Shown piece after piece: positions 19,108-28,693 of a stretch of 64,000 nucleotides of DNA. The notes beneath the pieces are model-generated. The model was not told where the DNA came from and did not search any database. It saw only the letters and a list, made by a program, of their open reading frames with translations. The number at the start of each line of letters is the position of its first letter. Within the stretch, counting starts at the first letter, position 1. The position numbers were made by a program, and so were the translations under genes. Source of the stretch: Spirochaetia bacterium (lineage in GTDB: Bacteria > Spirochaetota > Spirochaetia > SZUA-6 > Bin103); the NCBI GenBank assembly GCA_965198005.1, contig CBDAOI010000002.1, positions 224,001 to 288,000 on the forward strand, given 5' to 3'.

Positions 19108-20115
19108 ATGCTGTACGACGAGAACTACAAACGCCTGTTCGGCTCCAAGCTCATGGTCGAGCACCTGCTGCGCGCCTGCCTCCCCGCTGATCTGCTGGCC
19201 GCGGCCGACTTCTCCGAATTGAGCGAGCTTGCCACCGAGTACGTCAGCGACGAGCTGCTCAAGCGCCACGGCGACACCGTCTGGCGCCTGCGGCTGGGCC
19301 AGCGCTGGGTGTATCTGCTGGTGCTGCTGGAGTTCCAGTCCGAGGACGACCGCTGGATGGCGCTCCGCATCCATACCTACACCGGCCTGCTGTACCAGGA
19401 ACTGGTGCGCAACGAGGCGCCGGAGGTGGCCGCCGGGCGACTGCCGCCGGTGCTGCCGATCGTGCTCTACAACGGGCCCAGGCTGTGGCTCTCGACGCAG
19501 GAGATGGGTGAGTTGATCGCGCCGGCGGGTGCGTGGCTGGCCCGGTTTCAGCCGTCCCAGCGCTACTACCTGCTTGACCTGCGGCGCCTGGTGCGGGACG
19601 ATCTACCGCGCCGCAACCTGCTGCGGGCGGTGGCCGGGCTGGAGCAGAGCCAGTCGCTGGCGGACCTGCTGCGGGTGTGGGAGGCGCTGCAGCCGTGGTT
19701 GCGGGAGCCGCGGGCGGCGGAGTTGCAACGCGCGTTCGTGGATTGGATACGGCAGATGGCGGAGCGGCTGGCGCCGGCGGGCATGGCGCTGCCGCCGGTG
19801 CGGACGCTGGAGGAGGTCAGGATGACGTTGGTGGAACGGGTAGCCGAGTGGCCCAAGCAGTGGCTCCGCGAGGGCCGCGAGCAGGGTCTTGCGGAAGGCC
19901 GAGAACAGGGTCGCGAGCAGGGTCTGGACCAGCAACGGGCGCTCTTGTGCCGGCAGGCGGCGGCGCGCTTCGGGGCCGACACCGCCGCCCGCTTGGCCGC
20001 CGTGTTGGCGCCGATCGCCGACCCGGAACGGATGGGCGAGATCGGTGACTGGCTGGTGCGCTGCGACACCGCCGCAGAGTTCCTCGCCTGCCTCGATCCC
20101 GCCTCGCCATCCTGA
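19108..20115 (+). CDS. Rpn family recombination-promoting nuclease / YhgA-like putative transposase
   Basis: YDENYKRLF, RHGDTVWRL, LLEFQS...MALR, LPPVLPIVLYNG and C-terminal EGREQG repeats. Confidence 0.88.
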   Translation: MLYDENYKRLFGSKLMVEHLLRACLPADLLAAADFSELSELATEYVSDELLKRHGDTVWRLRLGQRWVYLLVLLEFQSEDDRWMALRIHTYTGLLYQELVRNEAPEVAAGRLPPVLPIVLYNGPRLWLSTQEMGELIAPAGAWLARFQPSQRYYLLDLRRLVRDDLPRRNLLRAVAGLEQSQSLADLLRVWEALQPWLREPRAAELQRAFVDWIRQMAERLAPAGMALPPVRTLEEVRMTLVERVAEWPKQWLREGREQGLAEGREQGREQGLDQQRALLCRQAAARFGADTAARLAAVLAPIADPERMGEIGDWLVRCDTAAEFLACLDPASPS

Positions 20116-20403
20116 CGTGCGGAGTGGCTGATCCAAGTCACCGTGGGATGGGCTGGGCGGTGATCAACTCTTCCTGGTACGCTTGCGGCCGGTCTCATGC
20201 ACGGGCTCGGCCATCAGAAACCCGCCCGCGACGTTGGTCAGCACGTCCACGGCGCCGAGCCGGGCGACGCCCCTGCGCGGACTGGGCGGGCGCATAGCGA
20301 AGGTCGAGGCGGCACGCCCGTGAATACGCAGGCTGCCGCAACGCGAGCGATGGGTTTCTTGTTCAGCTCTCGGACGTTCGTTGTGTGTAGCAACCGCCGC
20401 CGC

Positions 20404-21435
20404 TTAACGAGCGACGGGACGCCTGCGGCGCGGCGTGCGGCGGGGGTCGGAGAAGCGGCCGGCGCCGCCGCGGAGGCGGGGGTCGAGCAGGTCGCGCACA
20501 GCGTCGCCGAACATGTTGAAGCCGTACACCACAATGGTCAGGAAGATCCCCGGCCACATCGCCAGCCAGGGCGCCACCTGCATGTAGCGGCGCCCCTCGC
20601 GGCTCAGCAGGCCGCCCCAGCTCGGTACGCTCAGCGGCAACCCGAAGCCGAGGAAGCTCAGGGAAGCCTCGGTGATGATCACCGTGCCGATGGTGATGCT
20701 GAAGATGATGATGATCGGCGGCATCACGTTGGGCAGCACGTGGCGCAGCACGGTGCGCCACACCGGGCTGCCGACGGCCTGCGCGGCCTGAAAGTAGGCG
20801 TTCTCCTTGACGCCGATCACCGCACCCCGGACCACGCGCGAGCTGCCGATGCCGTACACCAGCCCCAGCACCACGATGACCTGCAGCGCACCGGTGCCCA
20901 GGATCGACATGACGGTCATCAGCAGCAGCAGTCCCGGGAACGCCATCCAGGCGTCGACGAATCTCTGCAGCACCAAGTCGAGCCGGCCGCCCACGAACCC
21001 CGACAGGCCGCCGACGGTGGTGGCCACCACCACGGCCACCGCGGTCGCCGCGAAGCCGACCAGCAGCGACAGGCGCGCGCCGTAGATGTTGCGGCTCAGG
21101 AAGTCACGCCCGGTGTGATCGGTTCCCAGCAGATGCTGGGCGGATGGGGCTTGCAGGCTCCGGGTCACGTCCTGGCGCTGCTCGGGGTCGGGCGCCAGCA
21201 GGTCGGCGAACACGCTCACCAGCACGAACAGCACGATGATCACCGCGCCGAGCAGCCCGAGCGGCTTTTCCCGCACCAGCCGGCGCGCGAACTCGGTCCA
21301 GGGGCTGCGCTGGCCCCGGCGAGATTGCCCCCGGTCCGCGCGGCGCGCACGGCTTCGGCTACGACCCCGTGCTCCTGCGGCGGCGGACTCGATCGTCGTG
21401 GTGCCGCTGCCCGTCGTTCTTGCGGGGTCCGTCAC
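20404..21435 (-). CDS. Dpp/Opp-type ABC permease (DppC-like), cassette 2
   Basis: LLGTDHTGRD, YFQAAQAVG...RHVLPN and NMFGDAVRDLLDPRLR. Confidence 0.93.
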   Translation of the reverse strand: MTDPARTTGSGTTTIESAAAGARGRSRSRARRADRGQSRRGQRSPWTEFARRLVREKPLGLLGAVIIVLFVLVSVFADLLAPDPEQRQDVTRSLQAPSAQHLLGTDHTGRDFLSRNIYGARLSLLVGFAATAVAVVVATTVGGLSGFVGGRLDLVLQRFVDAWMAFPGLLLLMTVMSILGTGALQVIVVLGLVYGIGSSRVVRGAVIGVKENAYFQAAQAVGSPVWRTVLRHVLPNVMPPIIIIFSITIGTVIITEASLSFLGFGLPLSVPSWGGLLSREGRRYMQVAPWLAMWPGIFLTIVVYGFNMFGDAVRDLLDPRLRGGAGRFSDPRRTPRRRRPVAR

Positions 21436-22391
21436 CGGTACCGGATCCTCGGGTCGAGGTAGGCGTACAGCAGGTCGATCAGCAGGTTGTTGAACAGGAT
21501 GAAGGTGGCAAAGAACAGGTTGATGCCCGAGACCATCGGGTAGTTACGGTTCGCCAGCGACTGGACGAGCAGCGACCCCAGGCCGGGCAGGTTGAACAGC
21601 GTCTCGATGATGACCGAACCCCCCACCAGGATCGGGAGTTGCAGCCCGATGAGCGTCACCACCGGAATCAGCGCGTTCTTCAGCGCGTGGCGGACGACGA
21701 CCATTCGCTCGCGCAGGCCCTTGGCCCAGGCCGTGCGCACGTAGTCCTGGCGCAGCACCTCCAGCATCATGGTGCGCGTCATCCGCATCGTGGCGGCAGA
21801 TAGGCCGGTGCCCAGGATCAGTCCGGGTACGACAAACATGCCGATGTGGGCCAGCGGATCCTCGCTGAAGGGATACAGCCGCAGCGGCGGCACCCAGCCC
21901 CACCAGATGCCGGGAAAGATCAGCACCATCAGGCCCAGCCAGAAGTTGGGGGTGGCGAGCCCGAAGATGGCGACGCTGCGCCCGACGTAATCGCCCAGGG
22001 TGTCCTGGCGCACCGCGGAGAAGATGCCGACCGGCAGCGCGATCACCAGGCCGATGAGCAGCGCCGCCGCCCCCAGCTCCAGGGTGACGGGCACTCTGGC
22101 GAGGATCTTCGCCTCCACGGGCGCCAGGTCCCGTTGCAGGGACTGACCGAGCGTACCGCGCAACAGGATCCCCGACACCCAGCGCACGTACGCGACGTGG
22201 GTTGGGACGTTCAGCCCCAGCATCTCGCTCAGCCGCTCCCGGTCGACCCCGGTCCCGACGAACTGAGGGTCGCTCAGCAGGATGTCGATGTAGTCGCCGG
22301 GGAGCAGGCGCACCGAGAAGAACACCAGCATGCTCAGGATGAACAGCGTCGGAATGAACAGCAGCAACCGCCGGATGACGTAGGTACGCAC
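21432..22391 (-). CDS. Dpp/Opp-type ABC permease (DppB-like), cassette 2
   Basis: MRTYVIRRLLL, EVLRQDYVRTAWAKGL and YLDPRIRY. Confidence 0.93.
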   Translation of the reverse strand: MRTYVIRRLLLFIPTLFILSMLVFFSVRLLPGDYIDILLSDPQFVGTGVDRERLSEMLGLNVPTHVAYVRWVSGILLRGTLGQSLQRDLAPVEAKILARVPVTLELGAAALLIGLVIALPVGIFSAVRQDTLGDYVGRSVAIFGLATPNFWLGLMVLIFPGIWWGWVPPLRLYPFSEDPLAHIGMFVVPGLILGTGLSAATMRMTRTMMLEVLRQDYVRTAWAKGLRERMVVVRHALKNALIPVVTLIGLQLPILVGGSVIIETLFNLPGLGSLLVQSLANRNYPMVSGINLFFATFILFNNLLIDLLYAYLDPRIRYR

Positions 22392-22450
22392 AGAATAGGA
22401 GAGCCTGGGGGCCGCACAGGCGGGCCCCAGGCCCCAAAAGCCAAAACGAG

Positions 22451-24247
22451 CTAGTTCAACTCGGCCTTGAGCTGACTATCGATCCACATGCGCGCGTACG
22501 GCCCGTTCCAGGCGCAGTTGCCGATCGCCATCTCGCCGTTGTAGCCGACGATCCACGGCTGCGCAACGTTGAACGTTGCAACCCGCGGACCATAGATGTA
22601 GGGGTGCTGCTCGATGACGTACATGTCGAGCGCCTTCGCCAGCCGTCGGTGCTCCTCTGCGTCACCAATTGGCACAGCCTGTAACTCCTCCCACCTGGCC
22701 TCGAACACCGAATCGCTGAAGGCGCCGGGCCTGTAGTTGCTGGCGGCGCTAAACGTGCCGAGAGTCTGGTTGAGGGCCACGAAGTCGCTGCCGACGGTCC
22801 AGAAGTCGACGAATCCGTCGAAATCTAACGACTGGCGCCGTCCAGCATACGTGGCGTTGTCCGGCGTTTCGATGTCGGCCTGCACGCCGATCTCCTTCCA
22901 GTAGCCGGCGACCAGCTCCATGTAGCCCACGTCGCCCCGGTCGCCGTTGGTCATGATCGAGGTCTCGAAGCGGACGCCGTCCGCGCCGCGTGGGTATCCG
23001 GCCTCGTCGAGGAGTCGCTCGGCACCCGCCGGGTTGTAGGACCAGAACTTCTTGAGCTCCTCGGGCCAAGTATCGAAGGGGTTGTTGTAGCCGGTCACCG
23101 CCGGCCCGATGACCCCCGTCGGCTGCCAATCGCCGAAGCCCAAGAAATAGTTGTCCCTGACGGTCTTTAGGTCGAGCGCCATCTGCAGCGCGTGGCGCAC
23201 CCTGATGTCGTTAAGGGGAGGTTTATCCATTCTCATCGCCAACGACGTCTCGGATTTGATCGCGATCGGGAAGAGCTGTATGCCCGGAACATCTTTCTTG
23301 AGCTGCACCGCGTTGGCGATCGACTTGATCCGCGAGACGCCCGTCTCCCCGGTGATATCGATCTGGCCCGACCGCAGTGCCGCAATCCTGGTCGCCTCGT
23401 CGCTCATCATCAGCATCACGAGCTTGTCGGCGTAGGGCAGGCGGTTCCCCGGGAACTTCTCGTCGTCCTTCCAGTAGTTGGGGTTCCTGTCGAACGTTAC
23501 CGAAGTGCCGCTGACGTAGTCGTTCACGATGAAGGGCCCGGTGCCGATCAGGTTGTTGACGTTGCCGAGCCTGTCGAAGATCTCGGGTGGGTATGCCCGG
23601 ATGTGGCAGTCGTCGAACAGCTGTCGATACGTGTCCGCGTGCGGCTGCGAAAGCTTGATCTCGAACGTCAGCTCGTCGGTAGCCGTTACCGACTCGATGG
23701 GGATCGACTTGGTTCCCCAGGTGTGCGGCGCGGGCTCCTGTCCGGCAAACCTGCCGATGCCAAACAGGCGCTCGTAGTTGGCGGCCATGTCGTCGGCGGT
23801 CAGCTGGCGACCGTTCACCGGCGGCTTGTCGTGAAAGAAGACGTTGTCGCGGATCTTGTAGATGTAGGTCAACGGATCCGGGTTCTCCCAGCTCTCGGCC
23901 AGGTGGCCGGTCACGACGCTCGGGGGATAGTAGGTCACCAACTTGTTGACGCTGCGGTCGACTGCCCAGTCGGCCTGGCCCAACTTGTCCAGCGCCGGTC
24001 CCCCGAACAACCCGCCGGCGTGGCTGACCCACGTGTCGGCGTGGTCAAACGGAAGGGTTAGCAGCGCAGCGGTAATGGTCCCGCCGTACGCCGGCTTCAG
24101 CACCTGCTTGCCGGTGGACGGATCGGTCACGTACTCCTTCTCGGCGGCCATCGCCGCCTCGTCGTCTTCGCCGGCGGGGCCGGCGAACGTAACGGTAGCC
24201 ACCAGCGCGAACGCCAGTGCCATGAACAAAAGAAATCGAAGAGCCAT
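22451..24247 (-). CDS. ABC transporter substrate-binding protein, family 5, cassette 2
   Basis: ATG 24247 after AAGGAGGAG; signal peptide, YGGTIT, LAESWENPDPLTY, IGTGPF and DIRVRHALQMA; paralog of 7056-8852. Confidence 0.93.
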   Translation of the reverse strand: MALRFLLFMALAFALVATVTFAGPAGEDDEAAMAAEKEYVTDPSTGKQVLKPAYGGTITAALLTLPFDHADTWVSHAGGLFGGPALDKLGQADWAVDRSVNKLVTYYPPSVVTGHLAESWENPDPLTYIYKIRDNVFFHDKPPVNGRQLTADDMAANYERLFGIGRFAGQEPAPHTWGTKSIPIESVTATDELTFEIKLSQPHADTYRQLFDDCHIRAYPPEIFDRLGNVNNLIGTGPFIVNDYVSGTSVTFDRNPNYWKDDEKFPGNRLPYADKLVMLMMSDEATRIAALRSGQIDITGETGVSRIKSIANAVQLKKDVPGIQLFPIAIKSETSLAMRMDKPPLNDIRVRHALQMALDLKTVRDNYFLGFGDWQPTGVIGPAVTGYNNPFDTWPEELKKFWSYNPAGAERLLDEAGYPRGADGVRFETSIMTNGDRGDVGYMELVAGYWKEIGVQADIETPDNATYAGRRQSLDFDGFVDFWTVGSDFVALNQTLGTFSAASNYRPGAFSDSVFEARWEELQAVPIGDAEEHRRLAKALDMYVIEQHPYIYGPRVATFNVAQPWIVGYNGEMAIGNCAWNGPYARMWIDSQLKAELN

Positions 24248-24475
24248 AGTGCTCCTCCTTGTTTCGGGATCGCGGGTCTGCGACCCGTTGCCCGGGTTTT
24301 TTGTTTTCGCCGGTAACACCGGCTTTCTTGCATGATGGTGGTGGTGTCGCTCCACGGCGTGCGGCGGACGGCGCCGAGCCACCGCGCTGTCGGCGTGGGC
24401 GGCGGCGAAGGAATCGAGGACGCGGCCAAGTGCGCCGTCAGGGCTTTCTAGTAGGCTATGCTGCTGTGTGAACTT

Positions 24476-24715
24476 GGGGGGGGGGGGGGGGGGGGGCGAC
24501 TCCTCACCATTAAGCAAGCGCGCCGCGAGCTGATTTTCAGCAATTCTCGGCGAGCGGCTGTCAGGGGAACAGAGCGTCATAAGCGTTGACGTGTTATAAG
24601 TCACTCAAGCCCTCCGCAGGTGAGGCACAGCCATACCCAGATGTAGCGGCGATTGACTGCATCCACCCCATAATAACCTCCACTCCCGTGAACGTCAACC
24701 ACGAATCGGCCCAGC
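24476..24715 (-). promoter_or_regulatory. Conserved promoter plus structured leader element, copy 2 (upstream of cassette 2)
   Basis: TTGACG-N17-TATTAT (24698-24670); nearly identical to 9401-9640; G21 tract at the edge. Confidence 0.75.
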
Positions 24716-24923
24716 CGGCCCAACTGCCGAGGTCCTCTCGAGGCGGCGCCGACGCTTGGCCGAGCACCGCACGCAGAGCGGCCTCGAGATCGTCGACCAT
24801 GGCGAATTCCCGCTCGATCGGGCGAATCACCTCCGCGCGCATCCACAGACCGCGGGTGGCACACAGCAGCTTGAAGCGGCGATGCAGGGGGTCGGGGAGA
24901 GCGCGTACGGAGAGGGTTGCCAT
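24716..24923 (-). pseudogene. Ribbon-helix-helix (Arc/FitA-like) protein, probably 3'-truncated
   Basis: MATLSVRALPDPLHRRFKLLCATRG...RAEVIR matches the RHH pattern; the frame runs on into the promoter element. Confidence 0.55.
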
Positions 24924-25096
24924 CAGAGCGATACCAACATGGCTAACGTAGCGAACGCAATGAGCCGAATGAGCCGCCCAGGCCGCCAGCAGGGGCGAAT
25001 GGCCGCTCCGAGGGCCAGCTTTCGGCGTGACTCGCAGGAAACCGACCAACGACCCCTGGCGAGAACTCCCCAGTCACCCGGCGTCGATTCTGGCAA

Positions 25097-25870
25097 TTGG
25101 CGCCTCGGCGCCGCCAACCGCCTGTTCCGCCTGCCCGCCGGATTCTATGGCCTGACCACCATCCTGCTGTTCGTCGCCTGCATGACCCTGGCCCGAGTAC
25201 GCACCCCCGAGAGCCTGCGCTACCAGGCGCCTGGCGAGTGGGGTGCGATCCTCGGCCTCGACCGCGGCCCCGAGACCAAGACCCTCCGCCGCAAGCTCAA
25301 GCTGCTCACCAGCGCCGAGCACACCGTGCGCGATTGGCAATCGGCACTGGCTCGTACCTGGGCCACCGAGCACCAGGACGACTGGGCGACGCTGGCCGTC
25401 GACGGCCACGTGAAGGTGAAGGTATACGCCGGGCGCAACGGTCGGCTGCCGAAACACTTCGTCGCGCGCCAGAAACTGTGTTTGCCGGCGTCCGTGAGCT
25501 ACTGGATCAACGCCCTCGGTGGCACGCCCCTGCTGTGCCTGCACCAGGCGCTCGAACAGGACGTGGCGCCGCACCTGCTGCAACTGGGGGTGGTGCCGGA
25601 AGCCGGCGCGCCGGCGCTCACCCTGGTGTTCGACCGCGCGGGCTGGAGCCCGGACCTGTTCAAGCGGCTGGCCCGGCGCGGCATCGCCTGCATCACCTGG
25701 CACAAGAACTTCAAGGGCGAGGACTGGCCGGAGGAGGACTTCCACCCGCTTGAGGTACCGATCCATGGGCCCGCTGGAACCAGTGCCACCACCGTTGACC
25801 TCGCCGAGCAACCGATGGTACTGCGCAACGGGCTCACCGTCCGCCAGATCCGGCGCCGGCTCGCCGGTGG
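25097..25870 (+). pseudogene. Putative transposase internal fragment
   Basis: PGEWGAILGLDRGPETKTLRRKL, VDGHVK, YWINALGG and TLVFDRAGWSPDLF; both ends missing. Confidence 0.7.
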
Positions 25871-25933
25871 GATGTGGTAGTGATCCGCAGCCACTACGGG
25901 CCCCTCCGTGTTGAACGTGCGCACGGTCACCAT
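25871..25933 (-). pseudogene. N-terminal stub of an AAA ATPase gene, cut by the transposase fragment
   Basis: VRTFNTEGPVVAADHYHIP resembles the MRFFNTxGP...HY start of a widespread AAA family. Confidence 0.55.
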
Positions 25934-25969
25934 AGGCGCATTGTCGCGGCAGTTGCCAAAACCGTGCGC

Positions 25970-26632
25970 TTACGTACAAGCACACCGGCTGCGCACCGCG
26001 GCCAGGTTGAGCACCTGCATCGCCTCGTCTCCCATCGCCAGGGCATAGATCCCACGCCGGGTCAGATACGTCACGATATTCTCCGGAATACTCAGTGACG
26101 AGAACGCCGGCACGATCGGCAGCTCCGCGTACTGCGGAAAGTAGAGCGCGAACTGGTTGCTGCGCAGGAACTCCTCGAACTCGCGCACAACATCAATGCG
26201 GGGTGAGGACTTGGTCTGGTTGAGCAGCGCCGCCCGGGTGCCCACGTAGAGCGCGTCGAACTCGCGCTCACGGGAGGGGTCATCGCTGCGCTTGAGGGTT
26301 ACGCGGGTGCCGACGTACTGCATGTCGCCACAGTTGAACACCTCATGAGCCAGGCGGCGGACACTTGGTGCAACGATGTCCTCGACGACGGTACCCATCT
26401 TGTTGGCCAGCTCGCCCCAGCGCTTGTTCATGGCCCGCCGCTCGTGGGCTGCCGCCTCCCGCTCGCGGGCGCCCTCCTGCTCCATGCGTTCGATGATGCG
26501 CTCAAGGCGCGCGATCGAGCTGTCGGTCCGCGCCATCGAGAGATTGGTCTGCGCCATGAAGCTGGCGAGGATGGTCTCCAGACGGTCGAGTCTCTCCTCG
26601 ACGACCTGCGTTCGTTGGGCGAGCGTAGCCAC
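25970..26632 (-). CDS. Coiled-coil plus PD-(D/E)XK-like hypothetical protein (DUF3782-like)
   Basis: N-terminal coiled coil, WGELANKMGTVVEDIVAP and REFDALY...NQTKS. Confidence 0.7.
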   Translation of the reverse strand: MATLAQRTQVVEERLDRLETILASFMAQTNLSMARTDSSIARLERIIERMEQEGAREREAAAHERRAMNKRWGELANKMGTVVEDIVAPSVRRLAHEVFNCGDMQYVGTRVTLKRSDDPSREREFDALYVGTRAALLNQTKSSPRIDVVREFEEFLRSNQFALYFPQYAELPIVPAFSSLSIPENIVTYLTRRGIYALAMGDEAMQVLNLAAVRSRCACT

Positions 26633-26739
26633 GGTGCTCCTTCCCCTTGCGTACCGGACGATAGCGCCGATGCCGCCGGATTGGAACTGGACTCCCGCCG
26701 CGCCCGCCGCGCAGGAACGGCAACCGCAGGAACACTCGG

Positions 26740-27181
26740 GGCGCCCTGTAGTCTATCGATGACGTGCGGCTCGGCGTGCGGGTAGGGGGCGATGAGGTCG
26801 GAGAAGATCGCCACCACGACCAGGATCACGATGACGGCGGCGCTCGCGGCTCCCAGCGGTTTGGTCTTGACCAGCCTCCGTAGGAAATCGGCAACGCCGG
26901 TGCGCCGTCCGCCCATATCGGTAGCGGATCCTCGGGTCCAGCAGGGCGTAGACCACGTCGATGAACAGGTTGTTCAACAGGACCCCCGTCCCGAACAGCA
27001 GATTCACGCCCGATACCACCGTATAGTCACGATCCTGCAGGGCGAGCAGCATCAGCCGGCCGAGCCCGGGCAGGTTGAAGATGTTCTCCATGATAACCGC
27101 GCCACCGACCAGAATCGGCAGCTGCAGACCGACCAACGTAACGACGGGGATCAGCGCGTTCTTGAGGGCGTGCCTCACTAC
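26740..27181 (-). pseudogene. Relic C: DppB-like 3' end plus DppC-like 5' start
   Basis: VVRHALKNALIP...LLDPRIRYR followed by MGGRRTGVADFLRRLVKTKPLG...IAPYPHAEPHVIDRLQG. Confidence 0.88.
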
Positions 27182-27408
27182 CAAGCCAGTTTCGGCGTCG
27201 CTCCCTCCGGACGCGCCCCAAGCTGTCCTCAGGACAGCCGCACGCTTGCCATCCTTGGCGCGGTGCGCCTGTCGTGGACGCGCGGGGGACCGCGTCAAAT
27301 GCGCGGCGGATTGCGGCGGACGGCCCACGAACGGACCGCCATGGCGCACTGTGACTACGTCGGCCCCTTGATGCTCTTGTCGTGTGGGACTATGTTCAAT
27401 AATGTGTG

Positions 27409-27699
27409 ATGCGGCTGCGCTTCTACGCTGATCCGGAGACGGGCTACCCTCATATCCACAACCATGACGTCGCCGAGCATGAAGTAGAGCAGGTTTTGGC
27501 GTCTCCCGGTGAGGATCGGCCCGGACGGGAGGGCTCGCGTATCGCTATCGGACAAACCGATGAAGGACGCTACGTCCGAGTAATATATGTCCCTGGAGCT
27601 ACAAGAGATCCTCTCTTCGTAGTAACAGCTTACGAACTGCGAGGAAAACCGCTTATCGCGTATCGGCGACGGACGAAAAGCAGAAGGAGAAGGAAATGA
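27409..27699 (+). CDS. BrnT/DUF4258-like toxin candidate
   Basis: Small basic protein with HIHNHDVAEHEVEQVL, AIGQTDEGRYVRVIY and VVTAYEL. Confidence 0.7.
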   Translation: MRLRFYADPETGYPHIHNHDVAEHEVEQVLASPGEDRPGREGSRIAIGQTDEGRYVRVIYVPGATRDPLFVVTAYELRGKPLIAYRRRTKSRRRRK

Positions 27700-27896
27700 A
27701 AGAAGATTTCGGCTTCCCCCGCGGATGGGACGAGGCGCGCGTGCAACGACTGATAGAGCGCTATGAATCCCAAACCGAGGAACAGGCGGTGGCGGAGGAT
27801 GAGGAAGCCTTGGTAGACGACACGCAAACGATGATGGAAATTCCGAACGAGCTTGTTGCGGAGGTCCGTGAGCTATTGTCCAGGCATGCAGGGTGA
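27696..27896 (+). CDS. Small acidic partner protein, antitoxin candidate
   Basis: 66 aa, acidic, overlaps the toxin-like gene by ATGA. Confidence 0.65.
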   Translation: MKEDFGFPRGWDEARVQRLIERYESQTEEQAVAEDEEALVDDTQTMMEIPNELVAEVRELLSRHAG

Positions 27897-27919
27897 CCCG
27901 CGTCCGCGGGTGAACCGCG

Positions 27920-28693
27920 TCAAGGAGCGTCAGCGCCCGTAAGCGCCCGCCGGCCCTGCAGCAGCGCCAGCACCTCGCGGTTGCCGCGCCGGCCGCGCAG
28001 CGGCGACGGGGTGGACCGCACCAGCGTCACCCCCTCGGCCGCCAAGTCGGCGGCGAGGCGGGCCACGATCGCGGCGACCGCAGCCTCACCCACTACCCGG
28101 CCGTCGAACCCGGGCGGCGGCGGCCGGGAAGCGGCGGCCAGCTCGAACTGCGGCTTGATCAGCGCGATCAACCACCGCTCCCGGGTGAGTGCCAGCAGCC
28201 GCGCCGCCGCCCCGCGCAGCGACCGGAACGACAGGTCGCAGACCGCCCCGTCCGGCGGCGGGCACAGATCCGCCGGCCGCAGCTCCATCACGTTGGTGCG
28301 TTCGTGCACCGTGGTGCGCGGGTCCTGCCGCAGGCGGTGGGCGAGCGCGCCGGCGGCCACGTCCACGCAGTGCACGTGGCGCGCGCCGTGCCGCAGGAGG
28401 CAGTCGGTAAAGCCGCCGGTGGCCGCCCCGCCGTCCAGGATGACGCGCCCCGCGACCGGCACCTGGAACTCGCGCAACGCGTGGCGCAGCTTGTACCCGG
28501 CGCGCGAAGCGAGCGGCGGTTCCGGCCGCAGCGTGACCGCCGCGGCAGCTCCGATCCGGCGGCCGGGCGCCCGGACCCGTTCACCATCGACCATCACCTC
28601 GCCGCACATGATCGCCGCGTACCAGTGCTCGCGCGCGCGCTCGGGGCCCAGCTCACACAGCCGGTCGAGCAGCGTCAGGGGCCGACGGGTCAC
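27920..28693 (-). CDS. tlyA: TlyA family rRNA methyltransferase / hemolysin A
   Basis: S4-like N-terminus, SRAGYKL, LDGGAATGGFTDCLL, DLSFRSL, LIKPQFE and GNRE. Confidence 0.92.
   Translation of the reverse strand: MTRRPLTLLDRLCELGPERAREHWYAAIMCGEVMVDGERVRAPGRRIGAAAAVTLRPEPPLASRAGYKLRHALREFQVPVAGRVILDGGAATGGFTDCLLRHGARHVHCVDVAAGALAHRLRQDPRTTVHERTNVMELRPADLCPPPDGAVCDLSFRSLRGAAARLLALTRERWLIALIKPQFELAAASRPPPPGFDGRVVGEAAVAAIVARLAADLAAEGVTLVRSTPSPLRGRRGNREVLALLQGRRALTGADAP

Noticed and set aside
20180-20392. Possible scraps of an antitoxin-like gene (HTTNVREL...) and an SDR oxidoreductase (VDVLTNVAGGF) on the minus strand
   Set aside because: Very short and frameshifted; plausible debris but not supportable without a search.
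24248-24604. 119-aa N-terminal extension of dppA2 in the ORF track (and the similar ORF 9105-9515)
   Set aside because: It is translated leader sequence crossing the poly-G tract; ATG 24247 has a strong RBS and is followed by the signal peptide.
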